In this document: piece by piece, positions 8,766-17,283 of the stretch
How positions within the stretch are numbered: the stretch's first letter is position 1
Layout: each line of letters starts with the position of its first letter
Assembly (NCBI GenBank): GCA_964519305.1
Contig: CAZFHY010000003.1
Span: 125,249 to 189,248 of the forward strand
Source of the DNA: Candidatus Undinarchaeota archaeon
GTDB lineage: Archaea; SpSt-1190; JASMDC01
Reading direction: 5' to 3'
DNA: 64,000 nt
Translations under genes and position numbers: made by a program
Notes under the pieces: generated by a model
What the model saw: the letters and a program-made list of their open reading frames with translations, nothing else
Database searches by the model: none
Told to the model about the DNA's origin: nothing

Positions 8766-9830
8766 CTAAAGGGCCCTAATGAATCCCTCCAGGAGGCGTA
8801 GAGATGCCTCCAGATCAGCGAGAGAAAAGATTTCAGCAGTGGAGTGTATGTATCGTGTGGGCACACCTACAGCACCGCTCATAACACCCCGTCTGACGGA
8901 CTGGATGGCGGACGCATCTGTGGTCGAGCCTTCGGCGATCTCGTACTGGATGGGGATCTTCCCTTCAGCAGCTGCGTCCTGGAGCGCCCTGAGCACGCGC
9001 TCGTGGACAATGAGCCCCCAATCGGCGATGACGATTGCCGGACCCTTTCCAAGTTCGATCTTTGGTTGTCCCTCGGGTACTCCCGGGAAGTCCGTAGCGA
9101 TCGAGACCTCAAGAGCGAGAGCGGCCTCGGGCTGGACGGCATACGCCGCTGTGGCAGCTCCCACGGTACCGAACTCCTCTTGGACAGTACCGGCAAGGTA
9201 TACAGTATTCTGAGGTCGATTGTCATGAAGGTAGCGTGCCAGGAGCACAAGCATAAGGCAACCGACACGATCGTCGGCCGCCGATATCATCACACGGTCC
9301 TTTCCTAGTAGCCTGACACCCTTCTCGAAGACTATGAAGTCACCCGGTGAGATCCCGAGAGCGAGTGTCTCATCCTTAGTGGACGTTCCGACGTCAAGGA
9401 ATAGATCATTGATCTTGAGCTTCTTCTTGTCCTCTTTCTTGTGAAGGTGCGGTGGAAGGGCGCCGATAACGCCATGGAATGCTCCCTTCTCCCGAGTGAG
9501 GATCTTGGCCTGCTGACCGAGGACCATGCGTGGGTCCAGTCCGCTCAGGTTGGTGAACCTTATCTGCCCCGTGTCCTCGATCACGGTAGCGAGCATGGCG
9601 ATCTCGTCCATATGTGCGGCCATTAAGATGGAAGTGCCGTCTTCATCCGCACCTTTGATGATGCCCACAAGGTTACCGAGCCGGTCGACCTTGATCTCGT
9701 CCACATATGGTCGCAGGAGCTCTGTGAGCGCTTCTCTGACCGGGCCCTCGCGAGCGGGAGGTCCGTCAGCGAGTGCGAGGTTCTCCAGCACTTCGATTGT
9801 CTCAGTCCGGTCAAGCGTGATCTTCTTCAT
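8766..9830 (-). CDS. M42 family (TET/Frv-type) aminopeptidase
   Basis: AAHMDE, DDRVG, TVQEE.G..GA, LGKGP, TTDA and PTRYIHS metal-binding motifs. Confidence 0.93.
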   Translation of the reverse strand: MKKITLDRTETIEVLENLALADGPPAREGPVREALTELLRPYVDEIKVDRLGNLVGIIKGADEDGTSILMAAHMDEIAMLATVIEDTGQIRFTNLSGLDPRMVLGQQAKILTREKGAFHGVIGALPPHLHKKEDKKKLKINDLFLDVGTSTKDETLALGISPGDFIVFEKGVRLLGKDRVMISAADDRVGCLMLVLLARYLHDNRPQNTVYLAGTVQEEFGTVGAATAAYAVQPEAALALEVSIATDFPGVPEGQPKIELGKGPAIVIADWGLIVHERVLRALQDAAAEGKIPIQYEIAEGSTTDASAIQSVRRGVMSGAVGVPTRYIHSTAEIFSLADLEASLRLLEGFIRAL

Positions 9831-9842
9831 TGTGAGGACCTC

Positions 9843-10652
9843 TTAGTCGAAAAGGTGTGATATGAAGTCGTGGGTGCAGCCGTTACCGGGAGCATTGAGG
9901 AGCTCCGGGACACCATCATCGTTCTTAGGGATCATGATGGATGAGGATACCGTGTTGTGGTTCATGGGATTCTCGGGAATGGCGTGGCGACAGATAGAGT
10001 ATTCGGATGGATCCGGATCGTGATCGCGGTAGACCTCCATGATATCCTTGGGATGTATCTTCTTTTTCGGTGCGAGGAGATCCTGTACCCGCTTCCTTCG
10101 CATATAGGAGCTTGGATAAGAGTAGACGTCAGGGCCGAACTCATCCAGGAAAATGAAGTGATTGGTTCGCACTTGGATGCCGTTCGTGATGCGCTGGACC
10201 GCGAACTCGGAGTCGGTGCCTTCGATGATCGCACCCTCGGTAGCATCTGCCAAGAGCATGCTTCCACCCATGTATCGCCCGTGCTCTATCTCCTCGGTCA
10301 CGAACCGGATGGCCTCCTCGACGTTCGCACAGAGGCCTAGGATCGCACGGCCAAGGACACCGCACTTCCGCAGAGTAGCGTCCGCGCCAGGGATGGGCTT
10401 CCAGTCCTCTTCCCATCCCGGTTTATTGATCTTGACGAAAAAAGTACCAATGCATAATCCTTTGTCATTGATACCCTGGGTGATTATGTCCGGTCGGGTC
10501 TTGTGGTTGACGCCCATGAATGAGTAATCCAAGCGGTCCTTGATGACCATCTCCTCCCCCCGGATTTCACCGCATTCCTTATCCCTGTTCTTGGCCATGA
10601 AAACCCGGCCGAAAGAAGACCGGTCAGCGCCGATGATAATGCCCGTACACAT
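9843..10652 (-). CDS. Ntn-hydrolase, C45/C69-like peptidase or acyltransferase with an N-terminal Cys nucleophile
   Basis: Starts MCTGIIIG...MAKNRD, then GINDKGL, LLAD and VRTNHF...SSYMRRKR. The true start is ATG 10652, not 10727. Confidence 0.85.
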   Translation of the reverse strand: MCTGIIIGADRSSFGRVFMAKNRDKECGEIRGEEMVIKDRLDYSFMGVNHKTRPDIITQGINDKGLCIGTFFVKINKPGWEEDWKPIPGADATLRKCGVLGRAILGLCANVEEAIRFVTEEIEHGRYMGGSMLLADATEGAIIEGTDSEFAVQRITNGIQVRTNHFIFLDEFGPDVYSYPSSYMRRKRVQDLLAPKKKIHPKDIMEVYRDHDPDPSEYSICRHAIPENPMNHNTVSSSIMIPKNDDGVPELLNAPGNGCTHDFISHLFD

Positions 10653-10739
10653 GAGAACCAACTCGAATACCGCGGTACGCGGCCGTATCGAAAGGAGTGC
10701 CCCAAACACATAAAAAGATGTTGGCACCCTTGCCCTTGT

Positions 10740-11636
10740 ATGTCCCTTACCATAGGGCTTTTCACGAGGAAGCTAACGTGGGAGAACCAGAAGGTCCTCG
10801 TAGCCCTCATCAAGAAAGGTTGCGACGTTCTCACCATCTCACCAGAAGAGATCCGTTTTGAGATATCTGACGGTATCAAGGCACGGTTAGAAGACTATGA
10901 CCTGTCACATCTTAGTGGTGTGTACAATCGTCTGGACGTCACTCCCGACCTCGGTATGCCCTATCATGCATTCCAAGCGATCAAATACATCGACAAGGCC
11001 GGAGTTCCCATCGTCAACAGCCCCGCATCAATCGCCACGGCACATAACAAGTTCAATACCTTCGCAGCGCTCATGGGTGGCGGGATCCGACTCCCGCTCA
11101 CAATCCTTGCCCAAGACGTTGTCCAAGCCGAATCCATCCTCAACCGGAGTGAACTCCCTCTTGTCATAAAACCTGTGTTCGGCTCATGGGGCCGAGATGC
11201 GTTCCTTGTGAACGACTTGGAAGAAGGCCACTACATCCTTGAGAACCTGGCTGAACGTGGTTGGTTCCAGGAATCGGGCATCCTGATACAACGATACATC
11301 GACAATCCTGGTAGGGACATCAGGGCGCTGGTCGTTGGTGACCGAGTCGTCGCCGCCATGTACCGATACGCACCTCGGGGGGAGTGGCGAACCAACATAT
11401 CTCTCGGTGGTCGTGGAGAGCCCTGTAAGATCACACCGGAGATCGAGGAACTGGCTGTCCGCTCCCTCGAGCTAGTGGGCGGTGAGATAATGGGCGTCGA
11501 CCTTATGGAGAGCAAGGAAGGGCTCTTCGTCCTCGAAGTGAACGGTTCGGCTGACTTCCGCGGCCTCACACGGGCCACGGGTGTGGATGTCAAGGAGATC
11601 ATTGCTGACTATCTTATCAAGACTTTTAGACGATGA
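10740..11636 (+). CDS. RimK/LysX family ATP-grasp amino-acid ligase
   Basis: NKFNT, VIKPVFGSWG, IQRYI, RDIRALVVG, WRTNISLGG, GVDLMES and LEVN. Confidence 0.92.
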   Translation: MSLTIGLFTRKLTWENQKVLVALIKKGCDVLTISPEEIRFEISDGIKARLEDYDLSHLSGVYNRLDVTPDLGMPYHAFQAIKYIDKAGVPIVNSPASIATAHNKFNTFAALMGGGIRLPLTILAQDVVQAESILNRSELPLVIKPVFGSWGRDAFLVNDLEEGHYILENLAERGWFQESGILIQRYIDNPGRDIRALVVGDRVVAAMYRYAPRGEWRTNISLGGRGEPCKITPEIEELAVRSLELVGGEIMGVDLMESKEGLFVLEVNGSADFRGLTRATGVDVKEIIADYLIKTFRR

Positions 11637-11969
11637 TTAGCCTTTGATGTCGTTAATTCGAACCGCTTCATTATGACCTCGCCTACGAGCGTGCTCTTCA
11701 TGGCTATGGAACGCAACCTCATGTCGCTCAGGAAGTCGATGGGTGAGGAGCTTCCAGCGATCCTTGTCCACGAGGGTGCTGGCCAGTCCGACATGAGGCA
11801 TTTCCCTGGTACCGGAGCCCAATGCATCGAGATAGGTCCCCGTGGAAATGGCGCTCATGCTCGAACGGAGTATGTCGAGAAGGATTCATTGACTATCCAT
11901 GCGAAGGCGCTCGCGGCAACGCTACTGGACCTAATCGGTGATGAACGTGCCACGTGGGCGAGCTCCTGA
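11637..11969 (+). pseudogene. C-terminal fragment of an M20 (ArgE/DapE/LysK-like) metallopeptidase
   Basis: TSPTSVL...GQSDMRHF...IEIGPRGNGAHARTEYV matches the M20 C-terminus. The N-terminal catalytic residues are absent. Confidence 0.65.
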
Positions 11970-12029
11970 TTTTTTAGAAGGCTCTGGAGCTTGAGCTTTA
12001 TGAATCATGAATGACTCTGTCAGACTTTC

Positions 12030-12152
12030 ATGGACGAGGGGGATGAGGTTTTTCTTCACGGGGAGGAATTGAGACGTATCGATGAGATCATTGATACCAT
12101 GTTCGTATCCCTACGTTCAATGGACATGGTCCTCCCACTGGACGACTACTGA
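12030..12152 (+). CDS. Possible 40-aa acidic ORF or gene remnant
   Basis: MDEGDEVFLHGEELRRIDEIIDTMFVSLRSMDMVLPLDDY has a protein-like composition but no recognisable motif. Confidence 0.25.
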   Translation: MDEGDEVFLHGEELRRIDEIIDTMFVSLRSMDMVLPLDDY

Positions 12153-12542
12153 ACCGCTTGTTCGCTTTCTAGGCAGAAGATCTCTGATTTCTTAAGCATT
12201 GTCAGGTACATGCAGGGGAACTGAACTTTTGCAGAATGAGAATGAAACCATGTCGCCCCCTCCGCTCGATCGGCATCATCGGCCGGGACTTGGTATACGG
12301 GCTATTTTTCCAGACGCCACCCGTCAGGCGCCTATCAGTCGGGACATGAAGTCCCGCAACCGTGTAAAGGTCGCTATGTACCCCGTTTATTTCCTACTGG
12401 ACCACTGATGGTTTTCAAGATTTATTAAAGTTTATTAGACCGCTCAGATCGGTAACAGACCCCCCTGGCATACATCGTAGTAAATGCTATAAGCAGCCAC
12501 CGATATGATAAGTACACGGGTGCTGGGAACCCCGTCCTGAGA

Positions 12543-13898
12543 ATGGTACGAGAACGGAAGACGAAGGCCGGACGCGAACGTCGATCATCCTCCAAAGGAA
12601 ACCGTGATAACTCCCAGGATATCGGTCCGGTCGACGATCAGTTCGAGTTGAAAGGGACCGGTCATGAGGATCAGCTCCCGGTCGTGAGCCGCAGGGACTT
12701 CGTCCAGGAAGGTATCACCTTTCTAGCATTGGCCGGTCTAGCCGGTCTGGGCCTACGTGCATTCAGGAGCCCGGTAATAGGACCCCTTCCGACACCTCAC
12801 CCTCTTGAGGGTCCACCTTCACCCGTAACGATCGATGGTGCTTCCGGACCATCCCCGGGAAGCACTCCGATTCCCGGTCTACAAGAAGCGAGCTTCTACG
12901 TTCAGGCAGCAGGTGGCAAGGTCGCCTGCGATCTATGTCCCCATGGTTGTGTTCTCTCACCAGGCCAACGAGGAATCTGCAGGGTCCGGGAGAACCATGA
13001 TGGGCGCCTTTATACCCATGGATATGGGAATCCCTGTTCAGTCCATATCGATCCCATCGAGAAGAAGCCGCTGCTCCACTTCCTGCCGACCACCACTGCG
13101 TTCTCTATCGCTATTGGTGGGTGTAACTTCAGATGTCTCAACTGTCAGAACTGGGAGATCTCACAACGTACCCCCGAGGAGGTCGAACAAGGGGAGCTCA
13201 CACCTGTCGAGGTTGCCGAGCTCGCAAAGAGGGACGGCTGCGAATCGGTCGCTTATACGTACTCGGAGCCATCTTCGTGGTACGAGTACATGCTCGACAG
13301 TGGGACCGCGACACGTGCATTGGGCATGCGGAACGTGTGGGTGACGAACGGCTATCTCAACCAGAGACCGCTCATGGAGCTGTGCAAGGTGCTAGATGGT
13401 GCGAACGTCGACCTCAAGACCTTCTCGGAGAAGATGTACAGCGAGCTATGCTCCGGGACACTACAGCCTGTCAAGGACACTCTAGTAACGCTCAGGGAAC
13501 AGGGTGTATGGGTGGAGGTGACGACGCTCCTGGTGCCCGGGTATTCCGATGATATGGACATGCTACGTGACATGTGCACTTGGATGGTCAAAACCCTCGG
13601 TCCGGACGTACCGCATCACATCTCCCGGTTCCATCCGGACCATAAACTCAACCACCTCCCTTGGACCCCGATTAAGACGCTGAAGGAAGCGCGTGAGATA
13701 GCTAGGGATGCGGGGGAGCATTATGTTTACATCGGGAACATCGCACCTTCCTCTGACATTCCTGATCCCGAGACGACCTATTGCCCATCATGTGGAGAGG
13801 CCGTGATCGAGCGCACCGGTTTCGTGGTCACGAAGAACGAGCTGGAGGGCGGCACCTGTCCAAAATGCGGTGAATCCATCGCGGGAGTGTGGGCCTAG
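12543..13898 (+). CDS. amrS: AmmeMemoRadiSam-type radical SAM enzyme with an N-terminal twin-arginine motif
   Basis: CDLCPHGC...GICRVR, DPIEKKPL.HF, GCNFRCLNCQNWEISQ, YTYSEP, RFHP and TYCPSC...CPKC. SRRDFV is followed by a hydrophobic helix. Confidence 0.9.
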   Translation: MVRERKTKAGRERRSSSKGNRDNSQDIGPVDDQFELKGTGHEDQLPVVSRRDFVQEGITFLALAGLAGLGLRAFRSPVIGPLPTPHPLEGPPSPVTIDGASGPSPGSTPIPGLQEASFYVQAAGGKVACDLCPHGCVLSPGQRGICRVRENHDGRLYTHGYGNPCSVHIDPIEKKPLLHFLPTTTAFSIAIGGCNFRCLNCQNWEISQRTPEEVEQGELTPVEVAELAKRDGCESVAYTYSEPSSWYEYMLDSGTATRALGMRNVWVTNGYLNQRPLMELCKVLDGANVDLKTFSEKMYSELCSGTLQPVKDTLVTLREQGVWVEVTTLLVPGYSDDMDMLRDMCTWMVKTLGPDVPHHISRFHPDHKLNHLPWTPIKTLKEAREIARDAGEHYVYIGNIAPSSDIPDPETTYCPSCGEAVIERTGFVVTKNELEGGTCPKCGESIAGVWA

Positions 13899-13962
13899 TT
13901 CCCTCGCCCTCACCGCTGCATTTTTCAATCTTGACCGAATGTTGATCGACGAGGGACCAATA

Positions 13963-14592
13963 ATGGGAATGTTGGACAACATCCACTGGCTCGGACACGC
14001 GAGCTTTAAAGTCACGGGACCGCTCACGGTCTATATCGATCCTTGGAACGTCTCCGAGACCCATGATGCTGACATTATCCTTGTCACGCACGACCATTAC
14101 GACCATCTCTCTCTGGATGACGTCGATCGTGTCGCCAAACCGGACGCAGTTGTCGTGGCACCGCCAGGCATGGGGGGGAAGATCGGCCCTACCGGACTTG
14201 CGTTCCAGCCGCTCGGTCCTGGGCAGGCCGCAACCGTGAAGGGCATGACGGTCGAGGCGGTCGCTGCCTACAATCCTGCAAAACCCTTTCATCCCAGCTC
14301 CAATGGATGGAACGGATACGTGTTCACTCTCGAAGATACACGTATCTATCATGCTGGTGATTCCGACCTGACTCCCGAGATGCAAAGCGTCACCGCTGAC
14401 ATCGTGCTCCTACCGGTGGGCGGGAAGTTCACCATGGATGCGGGCGAGGCCGCGCGTGCCGTCCAGGCGATTGGTCCTAAAGCTGCGATCCCTATGCATT
14501 GGGGGAGCATCGTGGGCAGCGAGGATGACGCTCGACGTTTCTGTTCCCTGGTCGGCGGGGTAGGGGTAATCAAACCCAAAGAGAGCAATTAG
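13963..14592 (+). CDS. MBL-fold metallo-hydrolase (UPF0173/UlaG-like)
   Basis: WLGHASF, YIDP, THDHYDH, YHAGD and AIPMHWG. Confidence 0.9.
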   Translation: MGMLDNIHWLGHASFKVTGPLTVYIDPWNVSETHDADIILVTHDHYDHLSLDDVDRVAKPDAVVVAPPGMGGKIGPTGLAFQPLGPGQAATVKGMTVEAVAAYNPAKPFHPSSNGWNGYVFTLEDTRIYHAGDSDLTPEMQSVTADIVLLPVGGKFTMDAGEAARAVQAIGPKAAIPMHWGSIVGSEDDARRFCSLVGGVGVIKPKESN

Positions 14593-14674
14593 TACGGACC
14601 ATTGACAGTGGCTCCTACGCCCTCTCATCGCGCCAGGTTTAGGTATATAAAACATAACGGGAAAGGGTCGTGCG

Positions 14675-15010
14675 ATGGGTACGAAGGGGAAGCTAGCGGA
14701 AAAGGCAGTGGCCCTTGAAGCGGAGTTTATCAGGCTCGAGTCCCAGCGTCGCGTTCTTAGGGACGAGATACGCATCCTCGAACGTGAGGTGTACGAACTC
14801 CACCATCTTCGGGCCGAAAAGGATGGCACATGCCCCTTCTGCAAGAGAGCCTTCACACCCGAGGTCATCGACAACCTCCTTGTCGAACGCGAGGAGGAGC
14901 TGGAGGGCATCATCTCGGCTCTCGACACTGTGCGTGAGAACCATGCAGACGTCGAGAAGCGTCTTGTCGATATGCACAAGAAGATGAGCGGTGGTACAAA
15001 GGACGTCTAA
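14675..15010 (+). CDS. Small coiled-coil protein with a Rad50-type zinc hook (CPFC)
   Basis: Heptad helices flank GTCPFCKRAFTPEVIDNLL. TATATAAA at 14644. Confidence 0.75.
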   Translation: MGTKGKLAEKAVALEAEFIRLESQRRVLRDEIRILEREVYELHHLRAEKDGTCPFCKRAFTPEVIDNLLVEREEELEGIISALDTVRENHADVEKRLVDMHKKMSGGTKDV

Positions 15011-15011
15011 T

Positions 15012-16070
15012 ATGGTACTGCGAGGATGGACCTTCGCTCTGTTTGTAGTGGCGCTCCTAGCTATACCTTGTACCGGTTATAGTTACGATTCGATCCAGTA
15101 CTCTATCAGTATCATAAACGAGACTGCTTCTGATGAGCAGATCGAGTTTACCATCATAAATGAAGAGAACACGACGATGAACTCTTTCAATCATACATTC
15201 TCAGGTTCTGTCGAAGTGTTCTCAGTGCTCATGGATGGACAGAAACCATCATATGAACTGCATCGATTGGAAGAACGGGGAGTACGTATACAACTGAGAG
15301 TGCCTTTCAGTCGGCCGCTCGGTCCAGGGGACCGCTCCAGCTTCGTTATTAAGGTCAGGACGCATGGACATGTTGAGAAGGTGGGGGACGGGTTCATGTT
15401 CTCCCGAAGTTTCGGTTTCAAGAAGCGGTCCTCCCTCTTCAAATGCAATGTGTTCCTTCCCATCGGGGCCATGTTGCCCACACCGGGAAAAGAGGAGGCG
15501 CCTGCTCTCTTCTTCCCTCCGGGTGACCTTTCACATGACGGTCGCAGGCTAAAAATTAGCTGGGCCGTGAGCGATCTTGAAGCACGTGAGCCCTTTGTAT
15601 CCTTCATCCTCTACGAGTTCCCACCAGAGGTAACAACGATCGTAAGGACGGTGCTTGTGGAAAATAACGAGACGCGTCGCATGCTCGATACGGCCCTCAA
15701 TACATCTGAGCTCCTGCGGGTCCAGCTCCAGGAAGAGCAGTCCACGAACCGGATGCTCTCTTCGTTCCTCCTCTTAGAGACCGTTGCCCTGGCGCTAATC
15801 GCTTACTTCCACATTTTCTCCCGCGCACGTGCCGCCCAGGGTGTCAGCACTCTCATACTTGATAGCCTTGACGAGGATGAAGCATGCGTGCTATCCAAGG
15901 CCGTGGAACAGGTTGAGCCCATCACGCAGCGTGAGGTCCAGGACCTCCTAGGATTCAGCAAGGCAAAGCTATCGCGGACCTTGGACCGGCTCGAGGCGAA
16001 GGGTTTCATCAAAAAGGTAAGATGTGGCCGTACGAACAAGGTCCATGTCACTGAGAAAGCGCTCCGTTAA
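15012..16070 (+). CDS. Membrane-anchored protein: signal peptide, extracellular beta domain, TM and C-terminal winged HTH (COG2512-like)
   Basis: LDEDEACVL...ITQREVQDLLGFSKAKLSRTLDRLEAKGFIKKVRCGRTNKV follows a TM helix. Confidence 0.82.
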   Translation: MVLRGWTFALFVVALLAIPCTGYSYDSIQYSISIINETASDEQIEFTIINEENTTMNSFNHTFSGSVEVFSVLMDGQKPSYELHRLEERGVRIQLRVPFSRPLGPGDRSSFVIKVRTHGHVEKVGDGFMFSRSFGFKKRSSLFKCNVFLPIGAMLPTPGKEEAPALFFPPGDLSHDGRRLKISWAVSDLEAREPFVSFILYEFPPEVTTIVRTVLVENNETRRMLDTALNTSELLRVQLQEEQSTNRMLSSFLLLETVALALIAYFHIFSRARAAQGVSTLILDSLDEDEACVLSKAVEQVEPITQREVQDLLGFSKAKLSRTLDRLEAKGFIKKVRCGRTNKVHVTEKALR

Positions 16071-16130
16071 CGCTGCAGGATACCTTTAAGTGCTTTGGGC
16101 GGACAATAGTGGGCTACGAGGTGCTTGACC

Positions 16131-16562
16131 ATGAGCGAGGACAAGAAGGAAGAGGATCGAAAAGACGATGTCGATGAGTCGACGTCCGATACGATTGAGG
16201 AGAAGACGGTAAAAGCGCCCCGCGAAGAGGAAGATCAATCGGAAGAGGACGCAGTCGAGGAAGAGGTCACTGAAGAAGAGGAAGAAGAAGAAGAGGAAGA
16301 AGAAGAAGAGGAGAAGACCGAAGAGCGAAAGCCTCTATCCAAATCCCCCGTCAAACCTCCTGCACCCAAGAAGAAGGCGGAGGAGGCTGGACCTCTTGGG
16401 ATCCCGCAGCACGACATTCTTCCGCTATTTCTTGCACTGGCAGGACTGATGGTGATGGTGTTTGCTCGATACCAGACCGCAAACCTCAACCTGCTCTATG
16501 GAGGTCTTGGACTGGTCGTCATCGGTGTCATCGCCTTCGTTGTCACGAACGTCACGCGATGA
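16131..16562 (+). CDS. Hypothetical acidic protein with two C-terminal TM helices
   Basis: Glu-rich N-terminus, Pro/Lys linker and two hydrophobic segments. GAGGTG SD. Confidence 0.75.
   Translation: MSEDKKEEDRKDDVDESTSDTIEEKTVKAPREEEDQSEEDAVEEEVTEEEEEEEEEEEEEEKTEERKPLSKSPVKPPAPKKKAEEAGPLGIPQHDILPLFLALAGLMVMVFARYQTANLNLLYGGLGLVVIGVIAFVVTNVTR
16272..16313 (+). repeat. GAA/GAG poly-Glu run (~14 codons)
   Basis: gaagaagaggaagaagaagaagaggaagaagaagaagaggag. Confidence 0.85.
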
Positions 16563-17283
16563 GGCCGGCTTCAACAACGCCCGCAGCAACAAGAGCGGCA
16601 CAGAGCAGACCGATCAAGCGGACGTAAGGCCCATGTGCATCTCGAACTGAGGCGTCCACATCACCACTGCTGTCCATGACCGCAAGGACCTCACACGCGA
16701 TTGCGTAGCCCACTGAAGCACCGATTATCAGGACAGGAAGTTCTACGATCGCATGGGGTAACACATATCTAACGAGCGAGTAGAGACCTTCGAGGCCGGT
16801 CATACCAGCGAGCCCGAGGAGCATGCCCCCGACCGCGCCGTTGAGCGCCATACCGCCTCCCGGAAAGAGGAATAGGAGGAAGTATGTGTCCTGGTCCTCA
16901 TCCGCGACATCGTCCAGACCGGGATCGAAATAGGCCCCTAGCCGGTATATCGCTCGAGAGATAGGCCCAGGAGGGCGACGTTCGGTTATCCGTGCGAGGA
17001 ACAGTCCGCCCAGTGCCATGAAGAGGAGTGCAACGATGTTGTTTACCATCAAAGCGAGGGATATGCCGGCACCTGAGGCGCCTGCGGCCTCTCCTACAGC
17101 ATGACCGACCGCAGCAGGAGCGACGACCCGGGTCATTGCCACGGTGATTGCCTGACCTGATTGGACTGGCGCTGCAAGTTCACCCAGAAATACCATGCTG
17201 AGGCCGAAAAGAATTCCCTCGACGAACCTCCATAACATATGCGGGATAGCGTCCCGCACCCGGGGGGGGAGCATCCTACACAC
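16552..17283 (-). CDS. SpoIIM/DUF95 family membrane protein
   Basis: VNNIVAL, LNGAVGG and LPHAIVELP motifs. The start may be ATG 17274. Confidence 0.8.
   Translation of the reverse strand: MCRMLPPRVRDAIPHMLWRFVEGILFGLSMVFLGELAAPVQSGQAITVAMTRVVAPAAVGHAVGEAAGASGAGISLALMVNNIVALLFMALGGLFLARITERRPPGPISRAIYRLGAYFDPGLDDVADEDQDTYFLLFLFPGGGMALNGAVGGMLLGLAGMTGLEGLYSLVRYVLPHAIVELPVLIIGASVGYAIACEVLAVMDSSGDVDASVRDAHGPYVRLIGLLCAALVAAGVVEAGLIA

Noticed and set aside
12199-12408. 69-aa ORF upstream of amrS
   Set aside because: It has a TTG start, no SD and no motif, and is probably spurious.
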